Made by a program: the position numbers and the translations under genes. The notes below the pieces were generated by a model that searched no databases, was not told where the DNA came from, and saw only the letters and a list, made by a program, of their open reading frames with translations. Shown here piece after piece: positions 50,761 to 63,714 of a stretch of 64,000 nucleotides of DNA. Origin of the DNA: Felis catus (lineage: Eukaryota); the NCBI RefSeq assembly GCF_018350175.1, contig NC_058368.1, positions 165,232,001-165,296,000 of the forward strand, written 5' to 3'. Every line of letters starts with the position of its first letter. The first letter of the stretch is position 1.

Positions 50761-52500
50761 AAGAATGGCAAGGGGGATATTATGACTCACTGAAATCTTT
50801 AGGACTTTATGCTACTTCTGTAAAAGTTAATTCTGTTTGACTGTTTTTTAATAAGGTTCTAAATGCCAACTTTGTCATTGAGAATACAGTCTTGATTACC
50901 TCATGTTTCCCACCAAGCAATAGGATTTTGATACCCTCAGAAAAGTAACCTAACACTGAGTACTTGTGTTCTCTCTCTCTCTGGCACAAGGTCTGGCAGT
51001 TAATATAGCACAACTTACTTGGTAAAGTTTCTTTATCTTGGCATCAAAAATTGGGAATTCATTATGATTGTAGCTATAATCAATGTGTATATACTCATAC
51101 CTACTTCCATAAGAAAAAAGAAAGTGAATGAAGAACACTTTAGGGTCCAGAATATTTGGTAACAAAAATATACAGGTTCCATACTGTGTAAAGCTGTATA
51201 AATAAGCTGTACTTTGTGTTCATTTTTTTAAATGAGTGCATAAGAGTCAGGACAGAGGAAGTAAAATGAGCTAAAGCAGAGATGTGAGAAAAGAACTGTG
51301 CGAAAAAGTGAAAAAGAGACAAAGTTCAGTAAAAGGACACAGCTTATGGTTTACAGTAATTATTGTGTTGTACGAGCAGATATACTTCCCAACTGAAAAG
51401 TATATGAAAACACATTTGGTGTTCTTTATGAAGTCAGTTGCCCTGTTTCTTCCTCAGAATGCTATTGAGAAGCAGTCATCCTGAAATATAATCAATTTAA
51501 AACATGATATAGTATGGGGAATTATGGCATGTTATAAAAGTATATTGAAATTTTGCAAAAGGAAAAGTAATGTTAGATGCTGAAAGGTGATGGGGGCCAC
51601 AAAATGGAGTACTCTGTGATACATTTCTCTTGAATTTGAATAAATGGAAAAACAAATACACTCTTCTGGTGTCTAACACATTTTAGAAGAGAGGATTCAT
51701 CATACTGATAAACACAAATCTGTTTCCTGGTGAGCATATTTTTATTAGGGAAGGATGACTGAGGAAATGCATTGAAGAACCATTCCACTCTAACATATTC
51801 ACCAAGTTAAAAAAAATAGTTGTGCTTTTTTAAAAAGTGATTTTTAAGTATCTTCCCCACCTAAGGTGATAATGTGGTGACTAGACTAGCTAACATGTAT
51901 TCTGACCTTCTTAGCAATAATATTTTTGTGCAAATTAATTAGTTCTCTGTTGTAAACTAATTTTCATGTGAAGTGTGGGTTATAAAAACCAGGTTTCGCG
52001 AGTTTTGTGAGTCCAGCAGCAGCTGATTTTGAACAGTAAGGGTCTTGCATATGTGGTAAACATACTAAGGGGCAAAAATCGGTTAATTTCAGAGTATATA
52101 GCAGAGTTACCAACTTAATAGAAAAATTCTAAATTCAAGAAAACAAACCTGTCTCATTAGGACTTCACTAAAATAATCATACCCTTTTTTCTGAAAATAA
52201 CTTTGATAAGACCACAATACTTAAAATTAATGGAAAAATATTATAGTATTTCAACTGTAAAGATCAATAATGTCTAAGAACTCACTATATATTCTGTTTT
52301 AAATGAGCCTTTTTCTCAAACAGTATAGTGTACATATACCTCACCTAACAGAGGTACATACCTGATATAAATATCCACAGATTAATTGAACTATTGTAGG
52401 AATTCTTGCAGCCAGTTTGAATTTGAATTTGTCATCTATGATGTATTATTTTTGATTACTTTAGGGTAGTATGTATACTTGGCAGGAATGAGAATAACTG

Positions 52501-52650
52501 ATGACTCATAGTTTGAAGATTTTCTTAAACAAAGAGTGGTTGTTCAGGAACACAAATGAGAGGTAAACAGCTGAGGTGAAAATGAGTAAGCCTTCAGCTG
52601 AAAACGTGCATTATGCAATACCAATTCCATGAGCTGACTATAAACAGACA
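52501..52650. promoter_or_regulatory. Candidate enhancer (AP-1, FOX, E-box, C/EBP motif cluster)
   Basis: ATGACTCAT 52501, GTAAACA 52563, CAGCTG 52568 and 52595, ATTATGCAAT 52610, all in apparently unique DNA; motif evidence only. Confidence 0.35.
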
Positions 52651-54295
52651 CAAATATCAGGTTTCTAGTGCTTTCTGGCTGAGGGTTCATTTTCTGCCAA
52701 GAAATGAAATTCATTCTGAATTGTCCCCAGAAATTAATCTTCTGCTATGTGTTAAATCATATGTATGAACTAGGCACAAGAAGCTGATGCAATAGTTTGT
52801 ACCTTGAAGTCAGAAAATTTACCAATGTGTATGCTTTTTATAGTTGGTTTAACAGAGAGCAGGCCTTTGGCTCCACATAAGATAGACACTCATAGCCTAT
52901 CCTGAACATTATGAATTCTTTACCTCCCTTTCATTCTCTGTTCACAGTCATCATTTTCTTCATCTTACTGTTTCAGGACCCAGCATCTCTCTGTGCTACA
53001 GGTTGGGTCTCTGGGCGAGCCATCCTCACAATCACTTGTGTGGTGATCTAATCCTATTGTTTAAAGGGCTCACACAACTGGATCAATAGTCCATTTCTTT
53101 CTGACATGGGCATACAGCCCTACTGCCACTTTGCTCTGTACAGGGGAAATGCTAGGAGTTGTTATCATTTTTCCTTTTCAAGGTAACGACTCCAAGTTTA
53201 GTAGAGATTCTTTCTATTTCTATTTTTATAGTCTTAGTTCTAGTTTTCTTTCTCAGCTCAAGAGTGTTGAGGAAAGCCACACTCTAGGTGTCATCCTAGC
53301 TGCTGGTCTTAAGATTTATTTTACTTCAATTTCCACAGCATACTCTCTTCCTGTTCTGGCTCCACACTCTGAACACATTTTCACTCTGTCAGTGTCTCCT
53401 CTCTCATTGTTCCATTAAATATATCTGTAACTCTGCCTACACTCCTGCACTGTGTCCCTTGTCACTGCCTATGTGCAAGGGCAAATGTAATCAGTGCTTT
53501 ATCACCAGAGGAGGTGATTTGGGGTAAGAGTTTATGATCTTGAGAATCTAGTAGAGAAGAATAATTTATTCTTCAAAATTCCTCCCTTCCCATTAAGGAT
53601 AAATAGTGGGTAAATTCCTGATTTCACAAAGTTTTATTTCCATTTTTCATCCAATGACTGTCAAATGGAAAGAATTATAATATTGCAAGATGCAAAGAGA
53701 TATTGACTTATACATCATGTCACATTAACATTCTTGGAGAGAAGCAACTGAATCTACTCACTACACCTACCAAAGATTATAAAAGATTCATACCATTTTC
53801 TCCATATATAGCCTAGATACCGGTCAAATGGAGATATATCACTTTATTTCTGGAAAGAAGGAATATAGTAAAGAGAAAAATCAATAATTTTACATTTTAA
53901 TGCTACAGTCAACAATGATACCTAAATGTTAAAGCAGTTATTATCTAAAAAGTAGCTAATTTCTTTGTAATTAGTAATGAAATAATTATGCGATCCCCAA
54001 ATTGGATCAGTTCTGAGTGCTTTACATGCATTGATCTACTTCTTTTTAAGTATGGGACAGGTAAAGGGATAATTTCTCTGATTTCCTTACCTGAAACGGT
54101 GAAGAGATTATAAATAAAACTTGAATAAATCACTAAAGAGTCTTCAGACCTACTAAAACATGACTACCAAGTATGTGAAAGAGAACCAGAGAAAACTCAT
54201 AAACACGGTTTTTTTTAAAAGCTCTTACTCCTTTAATTAGCTCATGTTTTTCCTTTAGCTTCAAATCTTAGCAAAGACAGTGACAAATAAATACA

Positions 54296-54500
54296 GTATA
54301 TATATGTGTGTGTGTATATATGTATGTATATATATGTACACACACTATGCTATATATAGTGTATATATACATATATACATATATACTATATGTATAGATA
54401 CATACATATATACAACATATATATACTCTACATATACACATATATATACATACTATATATAGTGCATATATATATATATACACTAAATTCTATATAGTAT
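54296..54500. repeat. TA/CA/TG-rich low complexity
   Basis: Direct inspection. Confidence 0.9.
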
Positions 54501-54858
54501 AACATTGCATGAACAACAAAGTTATTCCCCCAAGATAAAAATGGTTTGCAATTTTTACTTATCTGGCAATGATTTCTGAGAAGCCAGAAACTCTTGAGTT
54601 CACTGATCCAGGTATTCTCCTTACTCTTCCACTATCTATTGCAGAATTGACATGTAAACATGGTATATCCCTCACCATCCACTGCTTTCTAATTCAAGTC
54701 TTTTTGTCTTACTGGTAGTTAGAATCTTTTCATTGTGTATTGCATGAAAGAGGTAAGAGTGGAGGAAAAAAATCAAATAACATTGCCTATCCAGGTAATT
54801 TTTTCTCTTTGTGTAGTTGAACTTCGGTATGGGCAGATAGGGAAACTAGGGAGTCTTT

Positions 54859-55025
54859 CTTTTAAATGTTTGTTTATTTTTGAAAGGGAGAGAGAGGGGA
54901 ACAGAATCCGAAGTGGGCTCTGTGCTGACAGCAGATAGCCTGATGGGGGTTCCATGTCTCTAACCATGAGGTCATGACCTGAGTTGAAGTCAGGTGTCTA
55001 ACCAATTTAGCCGCCCAGGTGTTAC
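54859..55025 (-). mobile_element. CanSINE (internally shortened)
   Basis: AATGTTTGTTTATTTTTGA tail, GGTCATGACCTGAGTTGAAGTC; GGAGT(C/T)TTT duplication. Confidence 0.92.
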
Positions 55026-55110
55026 GGAGTTTTTAATCCACTGTTAGGGCCCCTACCTTTTGGTAGCCTTTGTTAGCGTTTCTCCTATCTTCTTCCTAAA
55101 TGGCTGCATA

Positions 55111-55316
55111 GGGGCACCTGGGTGGCTCAGTCAGTTAAGCATCTGACTTCAGCTCAGGTCATGATCTCATGGTTGGTGGGTTTGAACCCCACGTCAGGGT
55201 CTGTGATGACAATTCAGAGCCTCCCTATCTCTCTGATCTATGCCTCCCTATCTCTCTGATCGTCCCCCACTCACACTCTCTCTCTCAAAAATAAAATAAA
55301 CATGAAAAAAATTTTT
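55111..55316 (+). mobile_element. CanSINE with internal rearrangement
   Basis: GGGGCACCTGGGTGGCTCAG head; perfect TSD TAAATGGCTGCATA (55097-55110, 55317-55330). Confidence 0.97.
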
Positions 55317-57906
55317 TAAATGGCTGCATAGATCTCAATAAATGTTAGCTATTACACTAATGATATATAGTAATGTGAGATAATTTATCAGACTTACCAT
55401 AATTTGAAATAATTCTTCTCAGAAGTTGACAAAGCATTGATTATTGTGTTTGTGGTGTCTATGAGCATATCTGTCTTGTAGGAAGATAAGAAAGCCTTAG
55501 AAGGCATAGCTAACTTCTACCATAGTTAGGTTAACTTCCAAGGTATTTCTTTATTTCAAAAATTTTTCCTAATAGATTATTACTTTTACCAAAAGGATGA
55601 ACCTACATATTTAGTTAAATGTCTATATATAAAATGCAGTATCTTCTGAGTTGCTAAATATTTAAATGTATCAATTACATGCTCCAGGGCTTTTGTAAGG
55701 AGTGTAATTTATAAAAGTAATTAATAAAGAAGTTGCTAAGATGCTACTGAATTTACAAAATGCACTATAGGGCATCTACTAAACCCATTCAGAATGAACT
55801 ATAAATAATTTAAACTGCTATACTTGTCAGAGTAAATGAGCAAAATCTATTTTCATGTAATGGTCTTGTTTACTCACTGATTTGATGGAGCTACTACTTT
55901 CTCACAGATTTTCCATCAAGAAAAATGAAGGCATATCTACGTTTCAGCCATATGTAAAACATGTATAAGTTATATTTATACTACATGATGCAAGAATGTC
56001 TCAATAAACTGCATCTCTTCTGTATATAACCCATATAACATTGATCTAATTGTTGGCCACTGGGGGTAGAAAGTGGGTTATTCCAGTTTCATATCATAGA
56101 TTTTTCTGAGTTTAGTCTAAAGCAACATTATAAAATTTTAACCTATTTTTATTCTTCTTGAAATATCCATACCCCAAATTGTGAAAAATACAATTTTATT
56201 GATCATGGCTCTATACTCAATAAAATGATTATTTTTTTTCCCAAATAGTTACTCACCTAGCATATGGTAATCTATCACCATCATCTAATGCTTCTGGGAA
56301 ACATGATGGTATAGCCTTCCTGTGTACATTATCTCTAGGGTAAAAATCTTTAATTGCCTGTTCACCAGCTTAATAGCATGCAAAAGCTCAGCTACCTTCT
56401 TGACACCGTCCCTTTTTTTTTTTTTTTTTAAGCCCTTGTATATGGGAAAGCTGCTTTCACTTTCTCTAAAAGAAGAAAATAGATTATGGTCTCATCACGT
56501 ATGCTGGACCCTGGGGCAGACTGCAGGTATTCAACTTCTTGTAGTCAAAGCAAGTTTTCAAAGCTTCCTTCTCTTTCTAATCCAATATTTGGCTATTTGA
56601 CATTGCTCATTTTTACAATCATCTGCTAATATCTGATGATATAAAATACCTTGGAGATCTGTCTCCAGTTTTCAAAAGGCTAAGATGCCTTTATATGTAC
56701 ACAGACACACTAGCATACAGAGGCAAGCATACACATGAATTTGAAATATAGTCATAATTATTTCAATTACAAAATCAGTAGAAAAACTAAAAAAAAAAAT
56801 TAAGTACTAGGAGAAGACGGAAGGGGATAAAGGAAATGTACTATATGCGTATAGCATCTTCAGATTCACAGTGGGTAATTCATTTGACATGCTCTGTAAG
56901 TTTATATCTTACCACAGTGTCTGGGGCACAATAAGTACAAATACCACAGGATGAAAAATTTAGGGAATACAAAAGAGTTATCTTTTAGTCCTGAATCTGA
57001 GGTTTATACTGCATAGGAAGAGACTGTGCTTTCATAATCTCTGCAGTTTCTATAAACTCCATGATTTCCATTTTTATATCATTGGCAAAAAATTGGATCC
57101 AAGATGACTATATTCATATTAAAATATAACTATCAAGAAATTATTTATAAACTTGTTGAAAGATTATGTAAGCCCATCCACTGCTCCCCAAAATGAGCAT
57201 TTTTATAAATAACTTAAAAAACTTTATCATTTCAGATTTAGATACAACTACACACTGTTAAATGAAAATTTTGAAACAATTGAGAGGTTGTATTTTTATT
57301 GTTTCATAACAAGTGAAATTTATGGCTCTGTGGCTTAAAAAGTAACATCAAGTATTAACTATGTTCTCCTGCTTTTGGTAATAATAATCACCTATGTGTG
57401 AAGTTAATAGGCAAAATTATATAAAAGATAGACATTCCTGTAAGGACACAAAGAAAGTGATGTGTGATTGAAGAACTATTTCTATCCAACAGTTTATATG
57501 ATCTCAAAAATATTAATTTTTATATATAAGATCAATTTTGTTTCAGAGTGCCTACTACAAATACTTTGTGCCAATACCATTTAATTGAAAAGTAGGTCTT
57601 TATGTACATAGATTAGGAAATTATCAGGCAGGAATTATCATTTTACAACCTTAAATCATGTGCATGTTATAAAAAAATGAACATTTAGATATTTCATATT
57701 GCACAGACCAAAATAAATCCTAATTGTATTATCCATTTCATGTTCAATTCTGTAAACAACTTTTTTTTCAAATCATTTGATGAGGAAACACAATATGAAT
57801 CTATCTTACTTTCTCCTTTTCACTGCTTCTATTACTGCTTTAATCTGTTCCTATTACCCAGTTTACACTGATTTCTCTTTTATTCCCAAGAGTGGAATGT
57901 AAAGCA

Positions 57907-57908
<2 letters not shown>

Positions 57909-57970
<62 letters not shown>

Positions 57971-58122
57971 TATGTATACACATACATATATATATATACT
58001 TTATTTTATATACATATATGCTTTATTATATATATACACACAGACACACATAAATGTGCATTATATCTATCTATCTATAGAGAGAAGGGAGAGGGAGGGT
58101 GGGAGGGAAAGAGAGGAGAGAC
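57909..58122. repeat. (TA)22-(CA)n microsatellite, low complexity and purine tract
   Basis: TA run 57911-57954. Confidence 0.93.
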
Positions 58123-58694
58123 TGTGAATAGTGTTTTCATGTAAGCAAAAGGGTTTGGGACTTAAGTGAAAACATTTGATAACAGTATTAGTCTAATCCT
58201 GAAAAAAACTAATCTATAGATATGTACTCTGAGTTACACACCAAAAAGTAGAAAATAAATTCAGTGGGACATTGTAGAGATGGTCAGTGTATTTTTCTTC
58301 AGCAAGACTTTTTATATATAAACTTAACTGAAACTAAATTAGCCATGAAGATTATTTACTCCCTTTGGTAGTCAAAAATGGTATTGAGTAGCTAAGCAAC
58401 ATCAGAATGACTATTTTTATAAACTAAGCTTTGATTAGTATATATTTATATCCATGATATAAATAGAAAGTTATTATAAAGTGATCATTATATATGCTGC
58501 AAATTTTAGTATACAGTAAAAAGTACCCGAATGATATAATTGAAGAAAATAAGTTTCAGAACAAAAAGTTGTTTTAGATGATAATCTTAATGTATTTAGC
58601 TTGTTATTTGGAAAAGCCTAATAATCATTAGGTATTAGGGTATTTAATAAATATTTCTTATACTCCATCTTTAGAGATTACCTTCCTGACCTTC

Positions 58695-59016
58695 TTAGGT
58701 TTGATTAGGGCCCAAGTTCTTGACCAGGAATTGTGGATAGGAGTTGCATTTGTTACTTACAGATCTACAGTTTAATTGCAGGTGAAATATACTGAAGAGT
58801 GCTTTATTTTTCTCTGGCATAATTATGGATAATATTTGAAATGTAAGTTGCCCCATCAGTTTGGTTTGTCGAACAAATATCATCATCAGAGATTTTGACA
58901 GTGTCTCATCATGGACATATAGGTTGAATAAGAAATAAAACACTGTGATTCTCAGGCAATGAAATTTTGGGCTTGGTTATTGGTGGAGCATAATCTACAC
59001 TATCGTGACTGAAACA
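58695..59016 (+). mobile_element. Old MaLR LTR (MLT1I/J-like)
   Basis: 3' end GAAATAAAAC...TGAAATTTTGGG...GCATAATCTACACTATCGTGACTGAAACA. Confidence 0.6.
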
Positions 59017-59239
59017 ATTCCTAAATCACTTCTCAACTACAGATTCTTAAGCTGTTAAGAATGGACAGGATGAGTCAAATGGGGCACTGAGTAACTTTTA
59101 CTCATGGAGGAAAAGTTGGATTTGACAAAACTGATTAAACATAAAATTAGAAGAAAAATTCCTACTTTTTTTCTCTGCATTCTTGCACTTACTCTGTTTG
59201 ACTTTGAGGTCAATGTTGACTACAAGTGATTAGAAATTA

Positions 59240-61000
59240 TTTTTGTCTTTCTCCCAGTGTTAGGGGGAACACATTCACCCTTTTACAATTAAGTTTTTCA
59301 TAGCTCTCTCCAGAAGGTCAAAGGAGTTAGTATCTATTCCTAATTAGTTCAGAATTTTTATCATAAAAATATGTTGAATTTTGTCATGTCAGTTTTCTAC
59401 ACCTGATAATATTATGATTTTTTGTCTTAAATATGTTATTCACCATCACAGACTAGTTTTTCAAATGTCCAAGCAACTTTTCATTCTGGGATGAACCAAA
59501 CTTGGTCATTATGTCTTATTAATTTTAAATATAACTGTATTTCATTTGGTAAAGCATTGTTAAACGATGTTGCATGTATTTCACGAGGGGATTTGGTCAT
59601 GGTGTTTTGTTTTCCTATTCAATGTCTTCGCTTTTAGTATTGGCCTCATAAAATGAATGGAGATGTGCTTTGCTTTATTTTACTTTCTGGAAGAGTTTGT
59701 GTAAAAGTTGTATTTTTTTTCCTTCCATGTTTAGTTAATTTGCCAGTGAAGCCATTTAGGCTGGTGGAGAGTTTTAATTATGGCAGTGTTTATTTCAAAA
59801 TTCCGTTTCTTTTGTTAAAGACATAGTGTAATTCAGATAACCAGGACAATTCTATATATATAGTCTTTCTTGAATGAGGTTTGATAGTTTCTGCCTTTCA
59901 AAAAATTGTTACATTTGATGTTGAATTTTTGAGTCTTTGGCCTAAAGGTGTTTATATTTCTATAATACTTGGATATGTCTATGGTCTGTACTGATGTCCA
60001 TGTTTTATTCTTGTTCCTGGTTAGCTTGACACAGGTTTATAAACACTGTCAGAACACAGAAAATTCCTATGTCAGAAACACAGCTCACTGTCTCATCAAT
60101 TTGTCTTGTCCCCAATTTCACTGAGGAAATGTGAAGTGGCTAAAGTGGATGTTATACATATCCTGAGTTTGCATTGCAAATGAGGAACCCCAAGGAACTC
60201 AAAATCTTTTAGAAAGGACTACTGGCAAACTTACCCAACATTTACCCCAGAGGAGGATACTACCTTTGTAAACAGATTGCCTTCTGCTGTGGAGACACCA
60301 TCTCTGTCTTTCAGAGCTGTTTGCTATACAAACATCTTTATAAAATAGTTCAGAATAAAACCTCTTAGTGCTTTTTCTCACAAGCTACCCACGGAGAATC
60401 ATTTCCCAACTGATTTCTCTGTTCTTTCCATGATTAGTCTGACTAGTGTTTATCATAATTACTAATATTTCTAAAGAATTGACAATTGGTTCCATTGATT
60501 GTATTTTTTGGTTTTTATATTTAGTGTTTCCTTCTTTCTGCTTGCTTTGAATTGAATTCATTCTTTTTCTAGCTTCCTAAAATGGAAACTTAGATCATTA
60601 ATTTGAACACTTCTTTGTTCTGTAATATAAGCATACAATTGTATAAACTTTTTTGGTAAGTACTTCTTGAGCTGTATCTCACAAATATTCATATGTTGTA
60701 TTTTAATTCTCACTCGTCTAAAACATTTTCTGATTTCTCTTGGATTTTTCCTATGACCCATGGATTATATAGAATGGTGGTGGTGGTGTTTTCTCAGTAT
60801 ACATTAGTGAATTCAGTGTACTTTTTATTTCACATATTTTATTTTTAAATCCAAATTTTGGGGTCTTTTTTTGTATCTTCTATGCCTCATCTCTTCATAA
60901 TCATGTTTTCTTCTATATTCATAAGTATATGGAGTATATTTATAATAGATGTTTAAAATATTTGTTTATATTCCATTTTCTCTGTCATTTCTGGGTCTTT
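59240..61000 (-). mobile_element. Old L1 ORF2 fragments (L1MC/ME-like) interrupted by an LTR-like insert at about 60030-60390
   Basis: TGTTGAATTTTGTCA, TGGCCTCATAAAATGAA, CCAGTGAAGCCAT; ORF 60558-60761 YAYITEQ...INDLSFHFRKLEKE is L1 ORF2-like. Confidence 0.75.
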
Positions 61001-61338
61001 TTGATACTGGCTGGAGTAATAAGTAGTCAACAGAGCCAGTAGTCTTCGATTCATATTGACTACAAAATTGAAGGAGTAGCCATTGGGGCTTGATCTATAG
61101 GGAAATATGAGGATGGTTAATAAACTATAATATCCCTAAAGTTAAGGTATACAGGCAGCCTGAAACATTGACAGCCAGAAAATTATAATAGTGAAAAAAA
61201 CAGGAGATTAAATGCAGTTATTATAAATAAAATTTCATAATTTCTTTCTTAGTTCCCAAACCCAAGGCAATGTTCATGTCCCAAAAAGGAATGACTCTAC
61301 AAGACTGTGCCAAGAATCAATCATAATATTTCAGTTTC

Positions 61339-61488
61339 TTTTTTTTTAATGTTTGTTTATTTTTGAGACAGTGAGAGATGCTCTGTGCTACAGGACAGAG
61401 CCCAATTCGGGGCTTGAACCCACGAACCATAAGATCATGGCCTGAGCTGAAGTCAGACTCTTAACTGACTGAGCCACCCAGGCTCCCC
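61339..61488 (-). mobile_element. CanSINE (internally deleted)
   Basis: T-tail, GGGCTTGAACCCACGAACC...GAGCCACCCAGGCTCCCC. Confidence 0.93.
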
Positions 61489-61490
61489 TA

Positions 61491-61572
61491 TTTTTTTTTC
61501 TCTTTTTTTTCTCTTCTCTTCTCTTCTCTTCTCTTCTCTTCTCTTCTCTTCTCTTCTCTTCTCTTTTCTTTT

Positions 61573-61621
<49 letters not shown>
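61491..61621. repeat. Pure pyrimidine tract: (CTCTT)n-(CTTTT)n-(CT)n
   Basis: 131 nt without a purine on the + strand. Confidence 0.97.
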
Positions 61622-61622
<1 letters not shown>

Positions 61623-61839
61623 ATGACCTTATACCCATTTATTCAAATGAATATTACAGAAAGAAGGGAGTGGGTACTCAGACATTATAAAAACAATTAG
61701 ACACCAGTTATGAGTAGACAATAACACCTGGAGATCCAAAGCATCATCTTTGTATCCCTATTAGAGTGGCTGGCCAGTCAAGACATCCTATTTTACCTAA
61801 GCTAGATATACCTAGAGTGAATAATGAACAGTCAAAATA

Positions 61840-62562
61840 ACAAATATACCTTTCCAAAACTTTCCCCCGAATGCACTGTCTTTTGTATTTTATTATATAT
61901 CTTGGTTATTAGCACTATTATCTGCCAGCTAACCAAATGAAGGACATGAGTGTCACCCTTAACTCTGAACTCTTGATCTCTTATTCTCAATCATTCATTC
62001 AAATCTGTTGATTCTACTGGTTTTATGTGTCTTGAACTGATCAAACCTACATCATTTCCTAATCGGCCTCCTTCCAATCTCAAGTTTCCAAAACATATTC
62101 CAAAAACATGATGTATAAATCTATCTAAAATATACATTTAGACACTTCTCTTCCTTGCCAAAAATCTTTCATTGGCTCCAATAGCACTTAGAACAAATTC
62201 CAAACTCCTTACTTTTGCATGTAGGGACATTCATAGACTGGCCCCCACCTAAATTTCAAACTTCAAATCTCAACACTTCAACTCCCTCTTAAAACTCCAC
62301 CCCCCATCTGTAAATCCCTGTTCCTGCCATGACAGAGTACTTACAGTTACTCAACTTCCTCCTGGAAGTCTTCCATGATTCTGACAGCTAGATTAAGTGC
62401 ATTCATATGCACACTCATAACATTCAGGTCTTATCCTATCTGAGCAATCATTATGCTCAAATGTTAGTATATTTATTTTTCTCTCTCATTAAACTATCCA
62501 GTACCTAGTATTTTCCCAGATACACATATGTTAGATATCCAGCAGATGGTTTTTTAAATGAA
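61840..62562 (+). mobile_element. L2 3' fragment
   Basis: AAAATCTTTCATTGGCTCC...AAATTCCAAACTCCTTA...TATCCAGTACCTAG; pyrimidine-rich L2 texture. Confidence 0.7.
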
Positions 62563-63338
62563 ATAGTATTTCAAAACATTTAAAATCCTTGGAAGAAAGA
62601 TAAAGTTAACTTTGGGAGATTTATTACCTCACATTACCTCAAATGGAGAATGTATCACATGTAAATAAATCAGGATTTATAATTTAAATTTAATTTAAAT
62701 GTATATGTAGAATAGAAATAATGGTCTCAATTAAACCAGTAAGAGATTTTCTATCTTTAACCCAGACTGTGGAAATCTCTGTTTAAGATGAACAACATCT
62801 GCATGAAGTCAAGAGTAAGTACTACAGTTTTTACCAAAAATATTTACTGTGTTGTGTACTTTTGGGTCATCAGCCATACATGCTGTCTTCATATTAAATA
62901 TCAGCATTGTATTTATCTTTGCCAACTAATCCACAATTCACGAGGTCTGACAACTGGTACAGGCAACTGTGTCTCAGAGTATGCTCATCTACTTAATTAA
63001 CATGACAATAGTCATTCTGGACTGAGAATTATGCATCCAATGAACACTGTCTTGGATATTTAGGAAACTTCTTCCCTTAGGATATCTATTCTTTCTTCTA
63101 TGTCCTTCAGGTACACCAACTTTTTTTTTTCTTGTCCTACCAAGTATATTCCCTTTTCTTCTGAGAAGACTGAACTGTTACTCATGTAATTCTATCCAGT
63201 TTCACAGCTGGATGAGGCTTCTTGGGAAGGGTAGGGACATTTTAATTTATAGGTATAGAGGAGGGAGGGCAGAAAAAGATCATTATCTTGGCCAGTTTTT
63301 GAGGAAAATCATCATTTTTTTAAAAAATACATATTTCA

Positions 63339-63593
63339 GGGACACCTGGCTGGCTCAGTGGATAGAGCATGAAACTCGATCTCAGGTAGGTTTGAATGTC
63401 ATGTTGGGTGTAGAGATTACCTAAAAATGAAGTCTTGGGGTGCCTGGGTGGCTCAGTCGGTTAAGCATCCAACTCTTGGTTTTGGCTTGGGTCAAGATCT
63501 CAGTTCATGAGTTCAAGCCCTGCATCATGCTCTCTTTCTCTCTCTCCCTAAGAATAAATAAACTTTAATAAAGTGAAATCTTTAAAAATAAAT
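63339..63593 (+). mobile_element. Short tRNA-like CanSINE with a second CanSINE inserted in its tail
   Basis: Outer head 63339-63436, inner copy 63437-63570; inner and outer TSD-like repeats. Confidence 0.9.
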
Positions 63594-63714
63594 AAATATA
63601 TCTTTCATTATAACATTTCTTTAAAATATCTCTCAAGTGTTATTTTAAATATTGGAATGTATGCTGGGTGGACTGGACAGGAAGTAATGTAATAGTAATA
63701 AAGCCTAACTGGAA

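Noticed and set aside
63339..63420. tRNA-like sequence
   Set aside because: Degenerate stems and B-box, with A-tail and TSD: SINE head rather than a tRNA gene. The same applies to the other SINE heads.
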